DNA of 64,000 nucleotides from Escherichia coli (GCF_001677475.2 NZ_CP015229.1), one strand, 5' to 3'. Shown: positions 36,254-48,626, counted from the first letter of the stretch. Notes: generated by a model from the letters alone, not told the origin. Made by a program: numbers and translations.

Positions 36254-37189
36254 TTAAGCGTAAAATTTCAGACGATCAGCCAGTAAATCAACAAAGCCCT
36301 GACGATCAACATCGACCATTACAGTGGCATTCGGTTTATTGCCGGTCAGATAATAATAATCAACAACCGTCATACCCTGGGTATATTTCCCTTGTGTTTC
36401 CACGCCAACCCAGCGCTCAACAGTGGTAAACAACTCGGGTTTTAACAGCCAGGCGATGGTGCATGGGTCATGTAGCGGTGGGCCGACAAAGCCCCATTTT
36501 TCGTCTTTGTGATATTCGAGGAAGAAATCCAGCAGTTCGGCAACAATGGTTGAAACAGGGTTGCCAATGGCGCGGAAACGCTCGGTGTCCTCAACGTGAA
36601 TTTGTGCTTTGTGAGTAACATCCAGACCGGCCATCACCACCGGGATCCCTGACTGGAAGACAATTTCTGCCGCTTCCGGGTCAACGTAAATATTAAATTC
36701 AGCCGCAGGCGTCCAGTTACCAAGCCCCATTGCGCCGCCCATAATCACGATACGGGCAATTTTGCTATGCAGTTCCGGATGGCTATTGAGCAGCAAGGCA
36801 ACGTTAGTTTGCGGTCCGGTAGACACAATCGTGACAGGTTCCGCACTTTCACGTAGCGTTTTCGCCATCAGCTCCACCGCCGTACACTTTTGCGGTGCAA
36901 ACGTCGGTTCCGGTAATGCCGGGCCGTCGAGACCGCTTTCGCCGTGCACATTGTCCGCGATAATCAACTCACGCATTAACGGTTTTACTGCGCCGCCGGC
37001 TACCGGAATATCGGTGCGATTAAGCAATGTCAGCATACGCAGAACATTGCGTAAGGTTTTTTCTGGAGTCTGGTTTCCGGCGGAAGACGTAATTGCTTTG
37101 ACATCAAGCTCTGGTGAGGCGAGGGCGAGAACTATTGCGATAGCGTCATCATGACCTGGGTCGCAATCTAACAGAATTGGCAGTGCCAT
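36254..37189 (-). CDS. rihA: pyrimidine-specific ribonucleoside hydrolase RihA
   Basis: ORF 36254..37222; start at internal Met gives 311 aa [25 protein letters not shown]... (DxDxxxDD motif). Confidence 0.9.
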   Translation of the reverse strand: MALPILLDCDPGHDDAIAIVLALASPELDVKAITSSAGNQTPEKTLRNVLRMLTLLNRTDIPVAGGAVKPLMRELIIADNVHGESGLDGPALPEPTFAPQKCTAVELMAKTLRESAEPVTIVSTGPQTNVALLLNSHPELHSKIARIVIMGGAMGLGNWTPAAEFNIYVDPEAAEIVFQSGIPVVMAGLDVTHKAQIHVEDTERFRAIGNPVSTIVAELLDFFLEYHKDEKWGFVGPPLHDPCTIAWLLKPELFTTVERWVGVETQGKYTQGMTVVDYYYLTGNKPNATVMVDVDRQGFVDLLADRLKFYA

Positions 37190-37306
37190 TGTTGCTCCTT
37201 GTTGTGTGCTTCTTTGCGACAAGGGTACCGCCAGGATGTAACAGATACGAGGAGCGAAACGATAAAGCGTGAGATGGCGCGCACTTGGGTATGCGCGCCA
37301 GAGTGA

Positions 37307-38032
37307 TTAATGCAGGATTTTCGCGAGGAAGTCTTTTGCGCGGTCCGATTTCGGATCATCGAAGAAAGCGTCTTTCGGCGAGTCTTCGACAATTTTACCC
37401 TCGTCCATAAAGATCACCCGATTCGCCACTTTACGGGCAAAGCCCATTTCGTGGGTCACCACCATCATGGTCATTCCTTCATTCGCCAGTTCGACCATTA
37501 CGTCCAGCACTTCGTTGATCATCTCCGGATCCAGCGCCGATGTCGGTTCGTCGAACAGCATCGCGATAGGATCCATGCACAATGCGCGAGCGATCGCCAC
37601 ACGCTGCTGCTGACCGCCGGAAAGCTGCGCCGGAAACTTATTGGCATGTGCGGAAAGCCCGACGCGCTCCAGCAATTTCAATGCTTTTTCACGAGCGGGT
37701 GCTTTATCGCGTTTAAGCACTTTCACCTGCGCCAGGGTCAGGTTTTCAATAATCGACAAATGGGGGAACAACTCGAAATGCTGGAACACCATTCCCACAC
37801 GGGAACGCAGCTTCGCCAGATCGGTTTTCTTATCGTTCACCACGATGCCATCGACGGTGATTTCACCTTGCTGCACCGGTTCGAGGCCGTTAACGGTTTT
37901 AATCAGCGTTGATTTACCGGAGCCAGATGGGCCGCAAACCACCACCACTTCGCCTTTTTTCACTTCCGTTGAGCAGTCGGTCAGCACCTGAAAGTGACCA
38001 TACCATTTTGAAACATTTTTCAGGGTAATCAT
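37307..38032 (-). CDS. gltL: glutamate/aspartate ABC transporter ATP-binding protein
   Basis: 241-aa ORF with Walker [10 protein letters not shown] and LSGGQQQR signature. Confidence 0.95.
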   Translation of the reverse strand: MITLKNVSKWYGHFQVLTDCSTEVKKGEVVVVCGPSGSGKSTLIKTVNGLEPVQQGEITVDGIVVNDKKTDLAKLRSRVGMVFQHFELFPHLSIIENLTLAQVKVLKRDKAPAREKALKLLERVGLSAHANKFPAQLSGGQQQRVAIARALCMDPIAMLFDEPTSALDPEMINEVLDVMVELANEGMTMMVVTHEMGFARKVANRVIFMDEGKIVEDSPKDAFFDDPKSDRAKDFLAKILH

Positions 38033-38706
38033 TATGCTGTCCTTCTTTTCAAGTAGCTGACCAACAACGACGCGCTAAGGCTAATAACGAAATAAACAAA
38101 TCCGGCAAACAGGATCATCTCAACCTGCGTACCATCACGCTCACCAATGGTTGAGGCGGTACGGAAGAAATCGGCCAGAGATAACACATACACCAGTGAG
38201 GTATCCTGAAACAGTACGATGCCCTGAGTGAGCAGCAGCGGCACCATCGCGCGGAACGCCTGCGGCAGAATAATCAGTTTCATCGACTGCCAGTGGGTCA
38301 TCCCCAACGCCAGCGCGGCGCTCGACTGACCACGAGAAATACTTTGAATACCGGCACGGATAATCTCTGAATAGTAGGCCGCTTCAAACATCGAAAACGC
38401 CACCATCGCCGAAATTAAACGGATATCATTTTTTGGTGATAATCCCAGCACGTTTTGCAGAAAACCCGGCACGATCAGGTAAAACCACAGCAAAACCATA
38501 ACTAAAGGAATCGAGCGGAATACGTTAACGTAGGCTTTGGCAAACCACGCTACGGGCGCAAAGCTGGACAAGCGCATCACCGCCAGCATGGTGCCCCACA
38601 AAATACCAATCACGACTGCCGTGACGGTGATTTTCAGGGTGATCACCAGCCCGTCGAGCAGATATGGCAGGGAAGGAACAATGGAACTCCAGTCAAACTC
38701 GTACAT
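38032..38706 (-). CDS. gltK: glutamate/aspartate ABC transporter permease
   Basis: 224-aa membrane ORF; 1-nt overlaps with gltL and gltJ. Confidence 0.9.
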
Positions 38707-39446
38707 TATTTGCCCCCCATGTTGCCGGGCAGGCGAACTTTACGTTCAACCAGCGTCATCACCAGCATGATAAAAGCGTTAATCAATACATACGCCAGCG
38801 TAATCGCGGTAAACGACTCCCAGGCGTGAGCCGAGTAGTCGAGCAATTTACCCGCCTGCGCTGCCATATCTACCAGACCGATGGTCGAGGCGATGGCGGA
38901 GTTTTTCACCAGGTTCATCATCTCTGAGGTCATCGGCGGGACGATAACGCGATAAGCATTAGGCAGCAGTACGTAGCGGTAAGCCTGCGGTAGCGTCAGA
39001 CCCATCGCCAGCGCGGCATTCTTCTGCCCACGCGGCAGCGACTGAATAGCGGCGCGTACCTGTTCGCAAACACGGGCGGCGGTAAACAGTCCAAGGCAGA
39101 GCATGGATGAAAGGAAAAACTGAATATTGGGATCCAGCTCGGCCTTAAACCACATGCCGATTTTCTCTGGCAGCAACTCCGGGATCACCAGATACCAGGT
39201 AAAGAATTGCACAATCAACGGCACGTTGCGGAACAGTTCGACATACAACGTACCCAGACCGGAGAGAAAACGGTTTGGAACGGTACGTAAAATGCCGAAA
39301 AATGAACCGACGAGGAAAGCGATAATCCAGGCGCAGATCGACAAAGCGATCGTCACCTGAAAACCACTCCAGATCCAACCAAGATAGGTGGTGTTGCCGA
39401 ACGGGGCTTGTTGTAAAAAAATACCCCAGTTCCAGTCTATAGACAT
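38706..39446 (-). CDS. gltJ: glutamate/aspartate ABC transporter permease
   Basis: 246-aa membrane [29 protein letters not shown]... Confidence 0.9.
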
Positions 39447-39457
39447 AAATCTACTCC

Positions 39458-39620
39458 AGAAAAAAGAGGGTAGCAGCGTTAACTGCTACCCTCGAAGATT
39501 GTTACCCAGCGTATTGCGGTTTTCAGGCCCGATGGGGAACGACCATCAGGCGTATAGTCTGTCCGTGCTACGTAACAATCGAGAGGGCTGGAATTTCCGC
39601 CCCTGGTTCTTGTAATTAGT
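39458..39620 (-). ncRNA. sroC: SroC-like sRNA in the gltI-gltJ spacer (GcvB sponge in E. coli)
   Basis: 169-bp spacer; minus-strand hairpin gagggtagcag/ctgctaccctc (39466..39493) followed by a U-run ending about 12 nt before the gltJ start; ends set from position in spacer and recalled ~163-nt length. Confidence 0.55.
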
Positions 39621-40524
39621 TCAGTGCCTTGTCATTCGGTTCTTTGAACAGAGCTTTCATTTCGTCTGACAGTTCGAAATTCATGTTCAGGTTTTTCGGC
39701 GGAATTGGATTTTTGAACCACTTATCAAACCATTTTTCCGCTTCGCCGGAGGTCTGCACCTGCGCGATGGTGTCATCCATCAGCTTTTTGAACTGCGGAT
39801 CATCTTTACGCAACATACAACCGTAGGCTTCCTGAGACTGCGGCTTGCCGACGATTTCCCAGTTGTCTGGTTTCTTCGCTTTCGCACGTTCACCGGCCAG
39901 CAGAGCGTCATCCATCATAAAGGCAACGGCACGACCGCTTTCCAGGGTGCGGAAAGAGTCACCGTGATCTTTGGCGCTGATGATGCGCATATTCATTTTT
40001 TGCTCTTCATTCAATTTGTTGAGCAAAACTTCAGAGGTAGTGCCGGAAGTGACGACTACGGCTTTGCCTTTCAGGTCGGCAAAATCTTTGATATCGCCGC
40101 CCTTTTTAGTCAGAAGGCGCGTACCGACCACGAAAATAGTGTCAGAGAAAGCCGCCTGTTTCTGGCGTTCGACGTTATTGGTGGTAGAACCACATTCAAA
40201 ATCGAAAGTGCCGTTTTGCAGCAGAGGAATACGGTTTTGTGAGGTGATCGGAATCAGTTTCACCTGCAAGTCCGGTTTGTTGAGTTTCTTTTTCACTGCT
40301 TCAACAATGGCGTTGGAGTAATCCTGCGAGTAACCCACCACTTTTTGCTGATTGTCGTAATAAGAGAAAGGTACTGAAGATTCACGGTGACCGACGACAA
40401 TCACACCGTTTTTGGCGATTTTGTCCAGCGTACTGCCCGCTGCCGGGGCGGCGTCATCTGCCTGTGCCAGTCCTGCGGAAAGCGCCAGGGCCAGGATTGC
40501 TGTGGCAGGTTTACGTAATTGCAT
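39616..40524 (-). CDS. gltI: glutamate/aspartate periplasmic binding protein
   Basis: ORF 39616..40599; start at ATG 40522..40524 with AAGGAG upstream gives 302 aa MQLRKPATAILALALSAGLAQADDAAP... Confidence 0.9.
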   Translation of the reverse strand: MQLRKPATAILALALSAGLAQADDAAPAAGSTLDKIAKNGVIVVGHRESSVPFSYYDNQQKVVGYSQDYSNAIVEAVKKKLNKPDLQVKLIPITSQNRIPLLQNGTFDFECGSTTNNVERQKQAAFSDTIFVVGTRLLTKKGGDIKDFADLKGKAVVVTSGTTSEVLLNKLNEEQKMNMRIISAKDHGDSFRTLESGRAVAFMMDDALLAGERAKAKKPDNWEIVGKPQSQEAYGCMLRKDDPQFKKLMDDTIAQVQTSGEAEKWFDKWFKNPIPPKNLNMNFELSDEMKALFKEPNDKALN

Positions 40525-40842
40525 ATCCAACTCCTTTATCTTCTGCGTTAAGAACGCATGGATACCTGTTGTGAGTGTTTGTGTTGTTATCATCTGCAAC
40601 TTTATTGTGCAGTGTTGTGCCTGTTAGGTAACATTTAGTTTGGCTAAATGTAAAGATATTGCTGTTTTATTGTTTGTTTTTGCGAGTTGCGCCGCACCAT
40701 TCCGAAGCAAAATTCTTAAAATGCACTCTTTTGGTGCTACCCGTGGATTGCTGTGGTGCAACCGGGTTGTACTGATGCTGGTTCACGCTTTGCCTTGTAT
40801 AACAAAGCAATAGATGTGCCAAAGTTGGATAGGGGAATTTTG

Positions 40843-40880
40843 TTATCCGGATAACGCACTGATGCCGCATCCGGTGAGCG
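40843..40880. repeat. REP-like palindromic element in the lnt-gltI spacer
   Basis: gttatccggataacgcactgatgccgcatccggtgagcg; GCCGGATGCGGCG-type palindrome. Confidence 0.5.
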
Positions 40881-40920
40881 TGCCGAAATACGGGATGTAT
40901 TCCGGCACGATAAGAAGGGA

Positions 40921-42459
40921 TTATTTACGTCGTTGACGCAGACTCATCAGCACAGCAGCAAAACCAAACAGCGCCGTAAGCACCCACAGCGGCCAGTTGC
41001 CGGTACGTGCGTACGGTGTGAGTCCGGTGGTCGGCGTCACGTTAGTGGTTAACACCTCGCGGGTGAACTGCGGGATCATCGCCTGAATCTCACCCTGCGG
41101 ACCAATCACCGCCGTAATGCCGTTGTTGGTGCTACGCAGCAGTGGGCGCGCCAGCTCCAGCGCACGCATTCGCGCCATCTGGAAGTGTTGCCATGGACCA
41201 ATAGATTTACCAAACCACGCATCGTTGGAGATAGTCAGCAGGTAGTCGGTATCCGGGCGGAAGTTATCACGCACTTGCTCGCCGAGAATGATCTCGTAGC
41301 AAATAGCCGCAGTAAGCTCAATACCGTTTACCGACAGCGGCGGCTGGATATATGGCCCACGGCTGAACGACGACATCGGTAGATCAAAGAACGGTGCTAA
41401 CGGACGCAGAATCGACTCCAGCGGGACAAACTCGCCAAACGGCACCAGATGGTTTTTGTTATAGCGATCGGCTGATTCGTAGCTGTACGGCGCACCTTTA
41501 CCCAGCGTGATGATGGTGTTGTAGGTATCGTAGCGGTTCTGCTTATTGAGACGTGCGTCAACAATCCCGGTTACCAGCGAGCTACCTTTATCGCGCAACT
41601 CACCGTCCAGTGCTTTGAGGAACGGTTGCTGATTAATTTCCAGATCGGTTATCGCCGACTCCGGCCAGATAATCAACGATGATTTGCCCATCAGCGGTGC
41701 CGTTGCGTTGTAGTAAATCTTCAGCGTATTAAGAAGCTGGTCTCCGTCCCATTTCAGTGATTGCGGAATATCGCCCTGAACCATCGAAACCTGAATGGTT
41801 TTCTCCGGTTGCGGGGTAAACCACTGGATGTAACGCAGCGGGAAGGGAAGGGCGAACAGCACGACGGCCACCACCATCGGACGCCAGTTGCGTTTGACCA
41901 ACGCCAGTGCCAGCAGGCCGCTAACCATCATTAGCAGGAAGTTAATGGCTTCCACGCCCATTATCGGTGCCAGCCCTTTTAACGGGCCATCAATCTGGCT
42001 ATAGCCGAACTGTAACCACGGGAAACCAGTCAGCACCCAACCGCGCAGAAACTCGGTCACTTGCCAGAGAGCAGGGGCGGCAATCGCCACGCGCAGCCAG
42101 GTGGTTTTCGGCCACAGACGCGACAGCACGCCAGCAAACAGTCCGGTATACAGCGACAAATACGCCGCCAGCAGCACCACCAGGAAGATGTTAACCGGGC
42201 CAGGCATTCCGCCAAAGGTCGCGATGCTGACATAGACCCAGTTAATACCGCTGCCAAAGAGGCCAAATCCCCAGCAAAAGCCAATAGCGGCAGACTGGAG
42301 TGGACGGCGGTTAAAGGTCAGCGCCTGAAGCCCCATCAGCGAAATAATCGCCGCAGGCCAGACGTCGTAAGGAGAGAAGGCCAGCGTTCCGCAGGCACCG
42401 AATAATAACGCCAGCAGCAGGCGAATGCGCTGGCGTTCAATTAATGAGGCAAAAGCCAT
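40921..42459 (-). CDS. lnt: apolipoprotein N-acyltransferase
   Basis: 512-aa [31 protein letters not shown]... with C-terminal CN-hydrolase domain. Confidence 0.95.
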   Translation of the reverse strand: MAFASLIERQRIRLLLALLFGACGTLAFSPYDVWPAAIISLMGLQALTFNRRPLQSAAIGFCWGFGLFGSGINWVYVSIATFGGMPGPVNIFLVVLLAAYLSLYTGLFAGVLSRLWPKTTWLRVAIAAPALWQVTEFLRGWVLTGFPWLQFGYSQIDGPLKGLAPIMGVEAINFLLMMVSGLLALALVKRNWRPMVVAVVLFALPFPLRYIQWFTPQPEKTIQVSMVQGDIPQSLKWDGDQLLNTLKIYYNATAPLMGKSSLIIWPESAITDLEINQQPFLKALDGELRDKGSSLVTGIVDARLNKQNRYDTYNTIITLGKGAPYSYESADRYNKNHLVPFGEFVPLESILRPLAPFFDLPMSSFSRGPYIQPPLSVNGIELTAAICYEIILGEQVRDNFRPDTDYLLTISNDAWFGKSIGPWQHFQMARMRALELARPLLRSTNNGITAVIGPQGEIQAMIPQFTREVLTTNVTPTTGLTPYARTGNWPLWVLTALFGFAAVLMSLRQRRK

Positions 42460-42483
42460 GTAGTTATCTATCCAGTTTCGGTT

Positions 42484-43362
42484 TTATTCATCCAGCTTCG
42501 GCTGGGGTGAGTCATCCGGGATTTTGACATGAACCTGAATAATACGCCGACTGTCGGCCATCGCCACTTTGAACTGGTAACCGTCGATGTCGATGGTTTC
42601 GCCACGCGCCGGAAGATGCCCAAATGCCTGCATCACCAGACCACCGATAGTGTCAACCTCTTCATCGCTAAAGTGGGTGCCGAACGCTTCGTTGAAGTCT
42701 TCAATGGAAGCCAGTGCGCGCACGGTCCAGGTATGACGGCTCAGCTGACGGAAGTCGATATCATCTTCTTCGTCATACTCGTCTTCAATCTCACCAACAA
42801 TCAGTTCCAGGATGTCTTCAATGGTCACCAGACCGGAAACCCCACCGAATTCGTCAATGACGATCGCCATGTGGTAACGCTGAGAGCGAAACTCTTTCAG
42901 CATCCGGTCTACGCGCTTACTTTCAGGAACGACAACCGCCTGACGTAACACTTTGTCCATGCTGAAGGCTTCAGCATCGCTGCGCATAAACGGCAGCAAG
43001 TCTTTCGCCATCAGAATCCCTTCAATGTGATCTTTGTCTTCGCTAATCACCGGGAAACGTGAGTGGGCGGACTCGATGATGACATCAAGGCATTCGTCCA
43101 GCGTCTGGTTGCGTTTCAGGGTAATCATCTGGGAGCGGGGGATCATGATGTCGCGGACGCGTTGGTCTGCGATGTCCATCACCCCTTCGAGCATATCGCG
43201 CGTATCTTCGTCGATAAGGTCGTTCTGCCCGGAATCACGGATCAGCGCCAGCAGTTCGTCACGGTTTTTCGGTTCACCGTGGAAAAGTTGGCTGAGTAAC
43301 AGGGAGAAAAATCCCTTCTTGTTGCTTATCGTGTCACTACTGTGTGAATTGTCGTCGCTCAT
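42484..43362 (-). CDS. corC: CBS/CorC-domain metal-efflux accessory protein CorC (YbeX)
   Basis: 292-aa [37 protein letters not shown]... Confidence 0.9.
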   Translation of the reverse strand: MSDDNSHSSDTISNKKGFFSLLLSQLFHGEPKNRDELLALIRDSGQNDLIDEDTRDMLEGVMDIADQRVRDIMIPRSQMITLKRNQTLDECLDVIIESAHSRFPVISEDKDHIEGILMAKDLLPFMRSDAEAFSMDKVLRQAVVVPESKRVDRMLKEFRSQRYHMAIVIDEFGGVSGLVTIEDILELIVGEIEDEYDEEDDIDFRQLSRHTWTVRALASIEDFNEAFGTHFSDEEVDTIGGLVMQAFGHLPARGETIDIDGYQFKVAMADSRRIIQVHVKIPDDSPQPKLDE

Positions 43363-43451
43363 GGCGTCGTATGGGTTCTCATGTTAGTTAATCAAAACGC
43401 CGTCGTTAATCACCAACGGCGGGGACATCTGCCAGTCAAATGCCTGGCAAA

Positions 43452-43919
43452 TTATTCTTTCTCGGCAATGTACGGATCCTCATAGCCCAGAGCAAGCATA
43501 ATCTCTGTTTCGAGGGCTTCCATTTCTTCTGCTTCGTCATCTTCGATGTGATCGTAACCTAACAAATGCAGACTGCCGTGCACCACCATATGCGCCCAGT
43601 GCGCCTCCAGTGGTTTGCCTTGCTCCTGTGCTTCCTTCTCAACCACCTGACGGCAGATAACCAGATCGCCCAGTAGCGACATTTCCATGCCAGGCGGTAC
43701 TTCAAACGGGAAGGAGAGCACGTTGGTCGGCTTATCCTTACCGCGATAGGTCAGATTCAGACTGTGGCTTTCGGCGGTATCGACCACGCGAATCGTCACT
43801 TCCGATTCTTCCTGAAACTGCGGGATCACCGCATTCAGCCATGTCTGAAACTGGCTCTCTTCCGGTAACCCGGAATTATCTTCACATGCCAGTTGTAAAT
43901 CGAGGATCACCTGACTCAT
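43452..43919 (-). CDS. ybeY: endoribonuclease YbeY (16S rRNA 3' maturation)
   Basis: 155-aa ORF with HxxxHxxGYDH metal-binding motif ([11 protein letters not shown]). Confidence 0.95.
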
Positions 43920-44995
43920 TTTTGTTCCTGTTCTTCGCGCTTGCGTTCTGCTGCCAGCGCCGCTTTACGTTTTTGTTCGGCTTCTTCCCAGGCTTCATAA
44001 GCGTTAACGATACGCGCCACCACCGGGTGACGAACCACGTCTTCGCTGTGGAAGAAGTTAAAGCTGATCTCTTCGACATCGGCCAGCACTTCGATGGCAT
44101 GACGCAAACCTGATTTAGTATTACGCGGCAGGTCGATCTGTGTGACGTCGCCGGTGATAACCGCTTTTGAGTTAAAACCGATACGGGTCAGGAACATCTT
44201 CATCTGTTCGATGGTAGTGTTCTGGCTCTCATCGAGAATGATAAATGCGTCGTTCAGCGTACGACCACGCATATAGGCCAGCGGTGCGACTTCAATAACG
44301 TTGCGCTCAATCAGTTTCTCAACTTTCTCAAAGCCCAGCATTTCAAACAGCGCGTCGTACAGCGGGCGCAAATACGGGTCTACTTTCTGGCTTAAATCGC
44401 CAGGCAGGAAGCCCAGTTTCTCACCGGCTTCTACCGCCGGACGAGTCAGCAGAATACGGCGAATTTCCTGACGCTCCAGGGCATCAACTGCCGCAGCCAC
44501 TGCCAGGTAGGTTTTACCCGTACCCGCCGGGCCAACGCCGAAGGTGATGTCATGGTCGAGAATATTGGCGATGTACTGCGCCTGGTTTGGCGTGCGCGGC
44601 TTGATTACGCCGCGTTTGGTTTTGATATTGACCGCTTTACCATACTCCGGCACGCTCTCCGCGCTTTGCTCCAGTACCCGCGCTTCTTTAATCGCAAGGT
44701 GGATCTGTTCCGGTTCGATATCCTGAATCTGACCGCGCATCGGGGCTGTATCGACATACAGGCTACGCAGAATGTCTGCCGCAGCGGTGACGCAAATCGG
44801 ACGGCCGGTCAGTTTAAAGTGGTTATCGCGGCGATTGATCTCGATGCCGAGACGGCGTTCGAGTTGTTTGATGTTGTCATCAAACGGGCCGCACAGGCTC
44901 AACAGACGCGCATTGTCTGCTGGCTCCAGGGTGATTTCGCGAGTGTCTATGTTCAAACCGTTCCTCTTATCTGTATGCCGCCGGAAGCTGAACAT
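43916..44995 (-). CDS. ybeZ: PhoH-like ATPase YbeZ
   Basis: 359-aa ORF with Walker A GPAGTGKT; 4-nt overlap with ybeY; a start 39 nt further in (giving a 346-aa product) is possible. Confidence 0.85.
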
Positions 44996-45108
44996 TCACC
45001 GGCCTATAAGGAAATTATTCACGCCACAGGAAAAAGGCGCAAGCATTGCGATAAAGATGGGGATAAAGAGAGAAAAAACAAGGCCCACCGGAACGGCGGG
45101 CCTGAGAA

Positions 45109-46533
45109 TTACGGCTGATAATAACCCACGCCAAGGTCGTTTTCTTTGCGGGTACGGGCAATGACTGATTCCGGTGTTTCTGCCACGCGCAGACCCATTT
45201 CATCTTCAGTTCGCACCACTTTACCGCGCAGAGAGTTCGGGTAGACGTCGGTAATTTCTACATCGACGAATTTACCGATCATATCCGGTGTGCCCTCGAA
45301 GTTGACCACGCGGTTATTTTCAGTGCGACCGGAAAGCTCCATGATGCTCTTACGCGATGTACCTTCTACCAGAATACGCTGGGTGGTGCCGAGCATCCGG
45401 CGGCTCCATGCCATCGCTTGCTGATTAATACGTTCTTGTAGAATATACAGACGCTGCTTCTTCTCTTCTTCCGGAACATCATCAACCATGTCGGCGGCTG
45501 GTGTACCCGGACGTGCAGAGAAGATAAAGCTGTAGCTCATGTCGAAATTGACGTCGGCAATCAGCTTCATCGTTTTCTCGAAGTCTTCGGTGGTTTCGCC
45601 AGGGAAGCCGACGATGAAGTCAGAACTGATCTGAATATCCGGACGCGCCGCACGCAGTTTACGGATGATCGCTTTGTACTCCAGCGCCGTGTGGGTACGC
45701 CCCATCAGGTTCAGAATGCGATCGGAACCGCTCTGTACCGGCAGGTGCAGGAAACTCACTAGCTCCGGCGTGTCGCGGTACACTTCGATGATATCGTCGG
45801 TGAATTCGATCGGATGGCTGGTGGTAAAGCGAATACGATCGATCCCGTCGATCGCAGCAACCAGACGCAGCAGATCGGCAAACGATCCGGTGGTGCCGTC
45901 GTAGTTTTCACCACGCCAGGCGTTCACGTTCTGACCGAGCAGGTTGACTTCACGCACGCCCTGAGCCGCAAGCTGGGCGATCTCAAACAGAATATCGTCG
46001 GACGGACGGCTTACCTCTTCACCACGGGTGTAAGGCACTACGCAGTAGGTGCAATATTTATTGCAGCCTTCCATGATGGAGACAAACGCGGTCGGCCCTT
46101 CGGCACGTGGTTCCGGCAGACGGTCAAACTTCTCGATTTCCGGGAAGCTGATATCTACAACCGGGCTGCGGTCGCCGCGCACGGAGTTGATCATCTCCGG
46201 CAGACGGTGCAGCGTTTGCGGCCCAAAAATAATATCGACATAGTGGGCGCGCTGGCGAATGTGCTCGCCTTCTTGCGATGCCACGCAGCCGCCGACGCCG
46301 ATAATCAGGTCTGGATTCTTCTCTTTTAACAGTTTCCAGCGACCCAACTGATGGAAGACTTTTTCCTGAGCCTTCTCGCGGATTGAGCAGGTGTTCAGCA
46401 GCAGCACATCCGCTTCTTCCGCCACGTCGGTCAGTTGATAGCCGTGGGTGGCATCCAGCAGATCGGCCATCTTCGATGAATCGTACTCGTTCATCTGACA
46501 GCCCCAGGTTTTAATATGGAGTTTTTTGGTCAT
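45109..46533 (-). CDS. miaB: tRNA-i6A37 methylthiotransferase
   Basis: 474-aa [29 protein letters not shown]... with radical-SAM CNKYCTYC. Confidence 0.95.
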
Positions 46534-46678
46534 CGACTTGCTCTTGCGAAATAGTAGCCAGGAATGCAGGGCGCATAGTGTAATGCTTTGCTGCCGTTGT
46601 GACCAGTATGAGCGTTATCAGCCCTTGGGGGTAAAAATCCTGTAAACTTAAAGCATATTGCTAACAGGATGATTGACC

Positions 46679-47854
46679 ATGACAAATCAACCAACGGAAA
46701 TTGCCATTGTCGGCGGAGGAATGGTCGGCGGCGCACTGGCGCTGGGACTGGCTCAGCACGGATTTTCGGTAATGGTTATCGAACATGCCCAACCTGCACC
46801 GTTTGTCGCTGACAGCCAGCCGGACGTGCGGATCTCGGCGATTAGTGCGGCTTCGGTATCATTGCTTAAAGGGTTAGGGGTCTGGGATGCAGTACAGGCT
46901 ATGCGTTGCCATCCTTACCGCAGACTGGAAACGTGGGAGTGGGAAACGGCGCATGTGGTGTTTGACGCCGCTGAACTTAAGCTACCGTTGCTTGGCTACA
47001 TGGTGGAAAACACTGTCCTGCAACAGGCGCTGTGGCAGGCGCTGGAAGCGCATCCGAAAGTAACGTTACGTGTGCCAGGCTCGCTGATTGCGCTGCATCG
47101 CCATAATGATCTTCAGGAGCTGGAACTGAAGGGCGGTGAAACGATCCGCGCGAAGCTGGTGATTGGTGCCGACGGCGCAAATTCGCAGGTGCGGCAGATG
47201 GCGGGAATTGGCGTTCATGCCTGGCAGTATGCACAGTCGTGTATGTTGATTAGCGTACAGTGTGAGAACGATCCCGGCGACAGCACCTGGCAGCAATTTA
47301 CCCCGGATGGACCTCGTGCGTTTCTGCCGTTGTTTGATAACTGGGCATCGCTGGTGTGGTATGACTCTCCGGCACGCATTCGCCAGTTGCAGAATATGAA
47401 TATGGCGCAGTTACAGGCGGAAATCGCGAAGCATTTCCCGTCGCGTCTGGGTTACGTGACGCCACTCGCCGCGGGGGCGTTTCCGCTGACGCGCCGCCAT
47501 GCGTTGCAGTATGTGCAACCGGGGCTTGCGCTGGTGGGCGATGCGGCGCACACCATTCATCCGCTGGCGGGGCAGGGGGTGAATCTTGGTTATCGTGATG
47601 TCGATGCCCTGATTGACGTTCTGGTCAACGCTCGCAGCTATGGCGAAGCGTGGGCCAGTTATCCGATCCTCAAGCGTTACCAGATGCGGCGCATGGCGGA
47701 TAACTTCATTATGCAGAGCGGTATGGATCTGTTTTATGCCGGATTCAGCAATAATCTGCCGCCGCTGCGTTTTGTGCGTAATCTTGGTTTGATGGCGGCG
47801 GAGCGTGCTGGCGTGTTGAAACGTCAGGCACTGAAATATGCGTTAGGGTTGTAG
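46679..47854 (+). CDS. ubiF: 2-octaprenyl-3-methyl-6-methoxy-1,4-benzoquinol hydroxylase
   Basis: ORF 46673..47854; 391 aa from MTNQPTEIAIVGGGMVGGALALGL (FAD-binding GxGxxG). Confidence 0.9.
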   Translation: MTNQPTEIAIVGGGMVGGALALGLAQHGFSVMVIEHAQPAPFVADSQPDVRISAISAASVSLLKGLGVWDAVQAMRCHPYRRLETWEWETAHVVFDAAELKLPLLGYMVENTVLQQALWQALEAHPKVTLRVPGSLIALHRHNDLQELELKGGETIRAKLVIGADGANSQVRQMAGIGVHAWQYAQSCMLISVQCENDPGDSTWQQFTPDGPRAFLPLFDNWASLVWYDSPARIRQLQNMNMAQLQAEIAKHFPSRLGYVTPLAAGAFPLTRRHALQYVQPGLALVGDAAHTIHPLAGQGVNLGYRDVDALIDVLVNARSYGEAWASYPILKRYQMRRMADNFIMQSGMDLFYAGFSNNLPPLRFVRNLGLMAAERAGVLKRQALKYALGL

Positions 47855-47869
47855 CCTTACAACATTGCC

Positions 47870-47935
47870 GGATACATGCCAACCGTAGGTCGGATAAGAC
47901 GCGTCAGCGTCGCATCCGACTTTGAAGGATAAGAC
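47870..47935. repeat. REP/BIME-type palindromic repeats downstream of ubiF
   Basis: gtaggtcggataagacgcgtcagcgtcgcatccgac and related units. Confidence 0.55.
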
Positions 47936-47969
47936 GTGTCAACATCGCATTCGACATTGAATATACGCA

Positions 47970-47999
47970 GAAAAGCAAAAAGCTCGCCGAAGCGAGCTT
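47970..47999 (-). terminator. Rho-independent terminator of the tRNA operon
   Basis: Hairpin agctcgccgaagcgagct with a minus-strand U-run (plus-strand aaaagcaaaaa). Confidence 0.7.
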
Positions 48000-48007
48000 T
48001 TTTAATG

Positions 48008-48082
48008 TGGCTGGGGTACGAGGATTCGAACCTCGGAATGCCGGAATCAGAATCCGGTGCCTTACCGCTTGGCGATACCCCA
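48008..48082 (-). tRNA. glnX: tRNA-Gln (anticodon CUG)
   Basis: 75-nt minus-strand sequence UGGGGUAUCGCCAAGCGGUAAGGCACCGGAUUCUGAUUCCGG...CCA; anticodon loop UUCUGAU. Confidence 0.9.
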
Positions 48083-48119
48083 ACTGGGTGCACTTACGAT
48101 GTAAGCGTCTTGAATAAAT

Positions 48120-48194
48120 TGGCTGGGGTACGAGGATTCGAACCTCGGAATGCCGGAATCAGAATCCGGTGCCTTACCGCTTGGCGATACCCCA
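48120..48194 (-). tRNA. glnV: tRNA-Gln (anticodon CUG), tandem copy
   Basis: Identical 75-nt sequence to 48008..48082. Confidence 0.9.
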
Positions 48195-48242
48195 ACAAAT
48201 TGGTTTGTGAATTTGCCGAACTTATTCGACACATTCAGAATT

Positions 48243-48319
48243 TGGTGGCTACGACGGGATTCGAACCTGTGACCCCATCATTATGAGTGATGTGCTCTAA
48301 CCAACTGAGCTACGTAGCC
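48243..48319 (-). tRNA. metU: elongator tRNA-Met (anticodon CAU)
   Basis: 77 nt GGCUACGUAGCUCAGUUGGUUAGAGCACAUCACUCAUAAUGAUGGGGUCACAGGUUCGAAUCCCGUCGUAGCCACCA. Confidence 0.9.
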
Positions 48320-48334
48320 AGATTGTTTCTTCGA

Positions 48335-48409
48335 TGGCTGGGGTACCTGGATTCGAACCAGGGAATGCCGGTATCAAAAACCGGTGCCTTACCGCTTGGC
48401 GATACCCCA
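48335..48409 (-). tRNA. glnW: tRNA-Gln (anticodon UUG)
   Basis: 75 nt; anticodon loop UUUUGAU. Confidence 0.9.
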
Positions 48410-48443
48410 ATAACCGGGCGGTGAACCGCTTACTCGAAGAAGA

Positions 48444-48518
48444 TGGCTGGGGTACCTGGATTCGAACCAGGGAATGCCGGTATCAAAAACCGGTGCCTTA
48501 CCGCTTGGCGATACCCCA
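48444..48518 (-). tRNA. glnU: tRNA-Gln (anticodon UUG), tandem copy
   Basis: Identical 75-nt sequence to 48335..48409. Confidence 0.9.
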
Positions 48519-48541
48519 TCCGTACAACGCTTTCTGGTGAA

Positions 48542-48626
48542 TGGTGCGGGAGGCGAGACTTGAACTCGCACACCTTGCGGCGCCAGAACCTAAATCTGGT
48601 GCGTCTACCAATTTCGCCACTCCCGC
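48542..48626 (-). tRNA. leuW: tRNA-Leu (anticodon UAG)
   Basis: 85 nt GCGGGAGUGGCGAAAUUGGUAGACGCACCAGAUUUAGGUUCUGG... with long variable arm. Confidence 0.9.
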
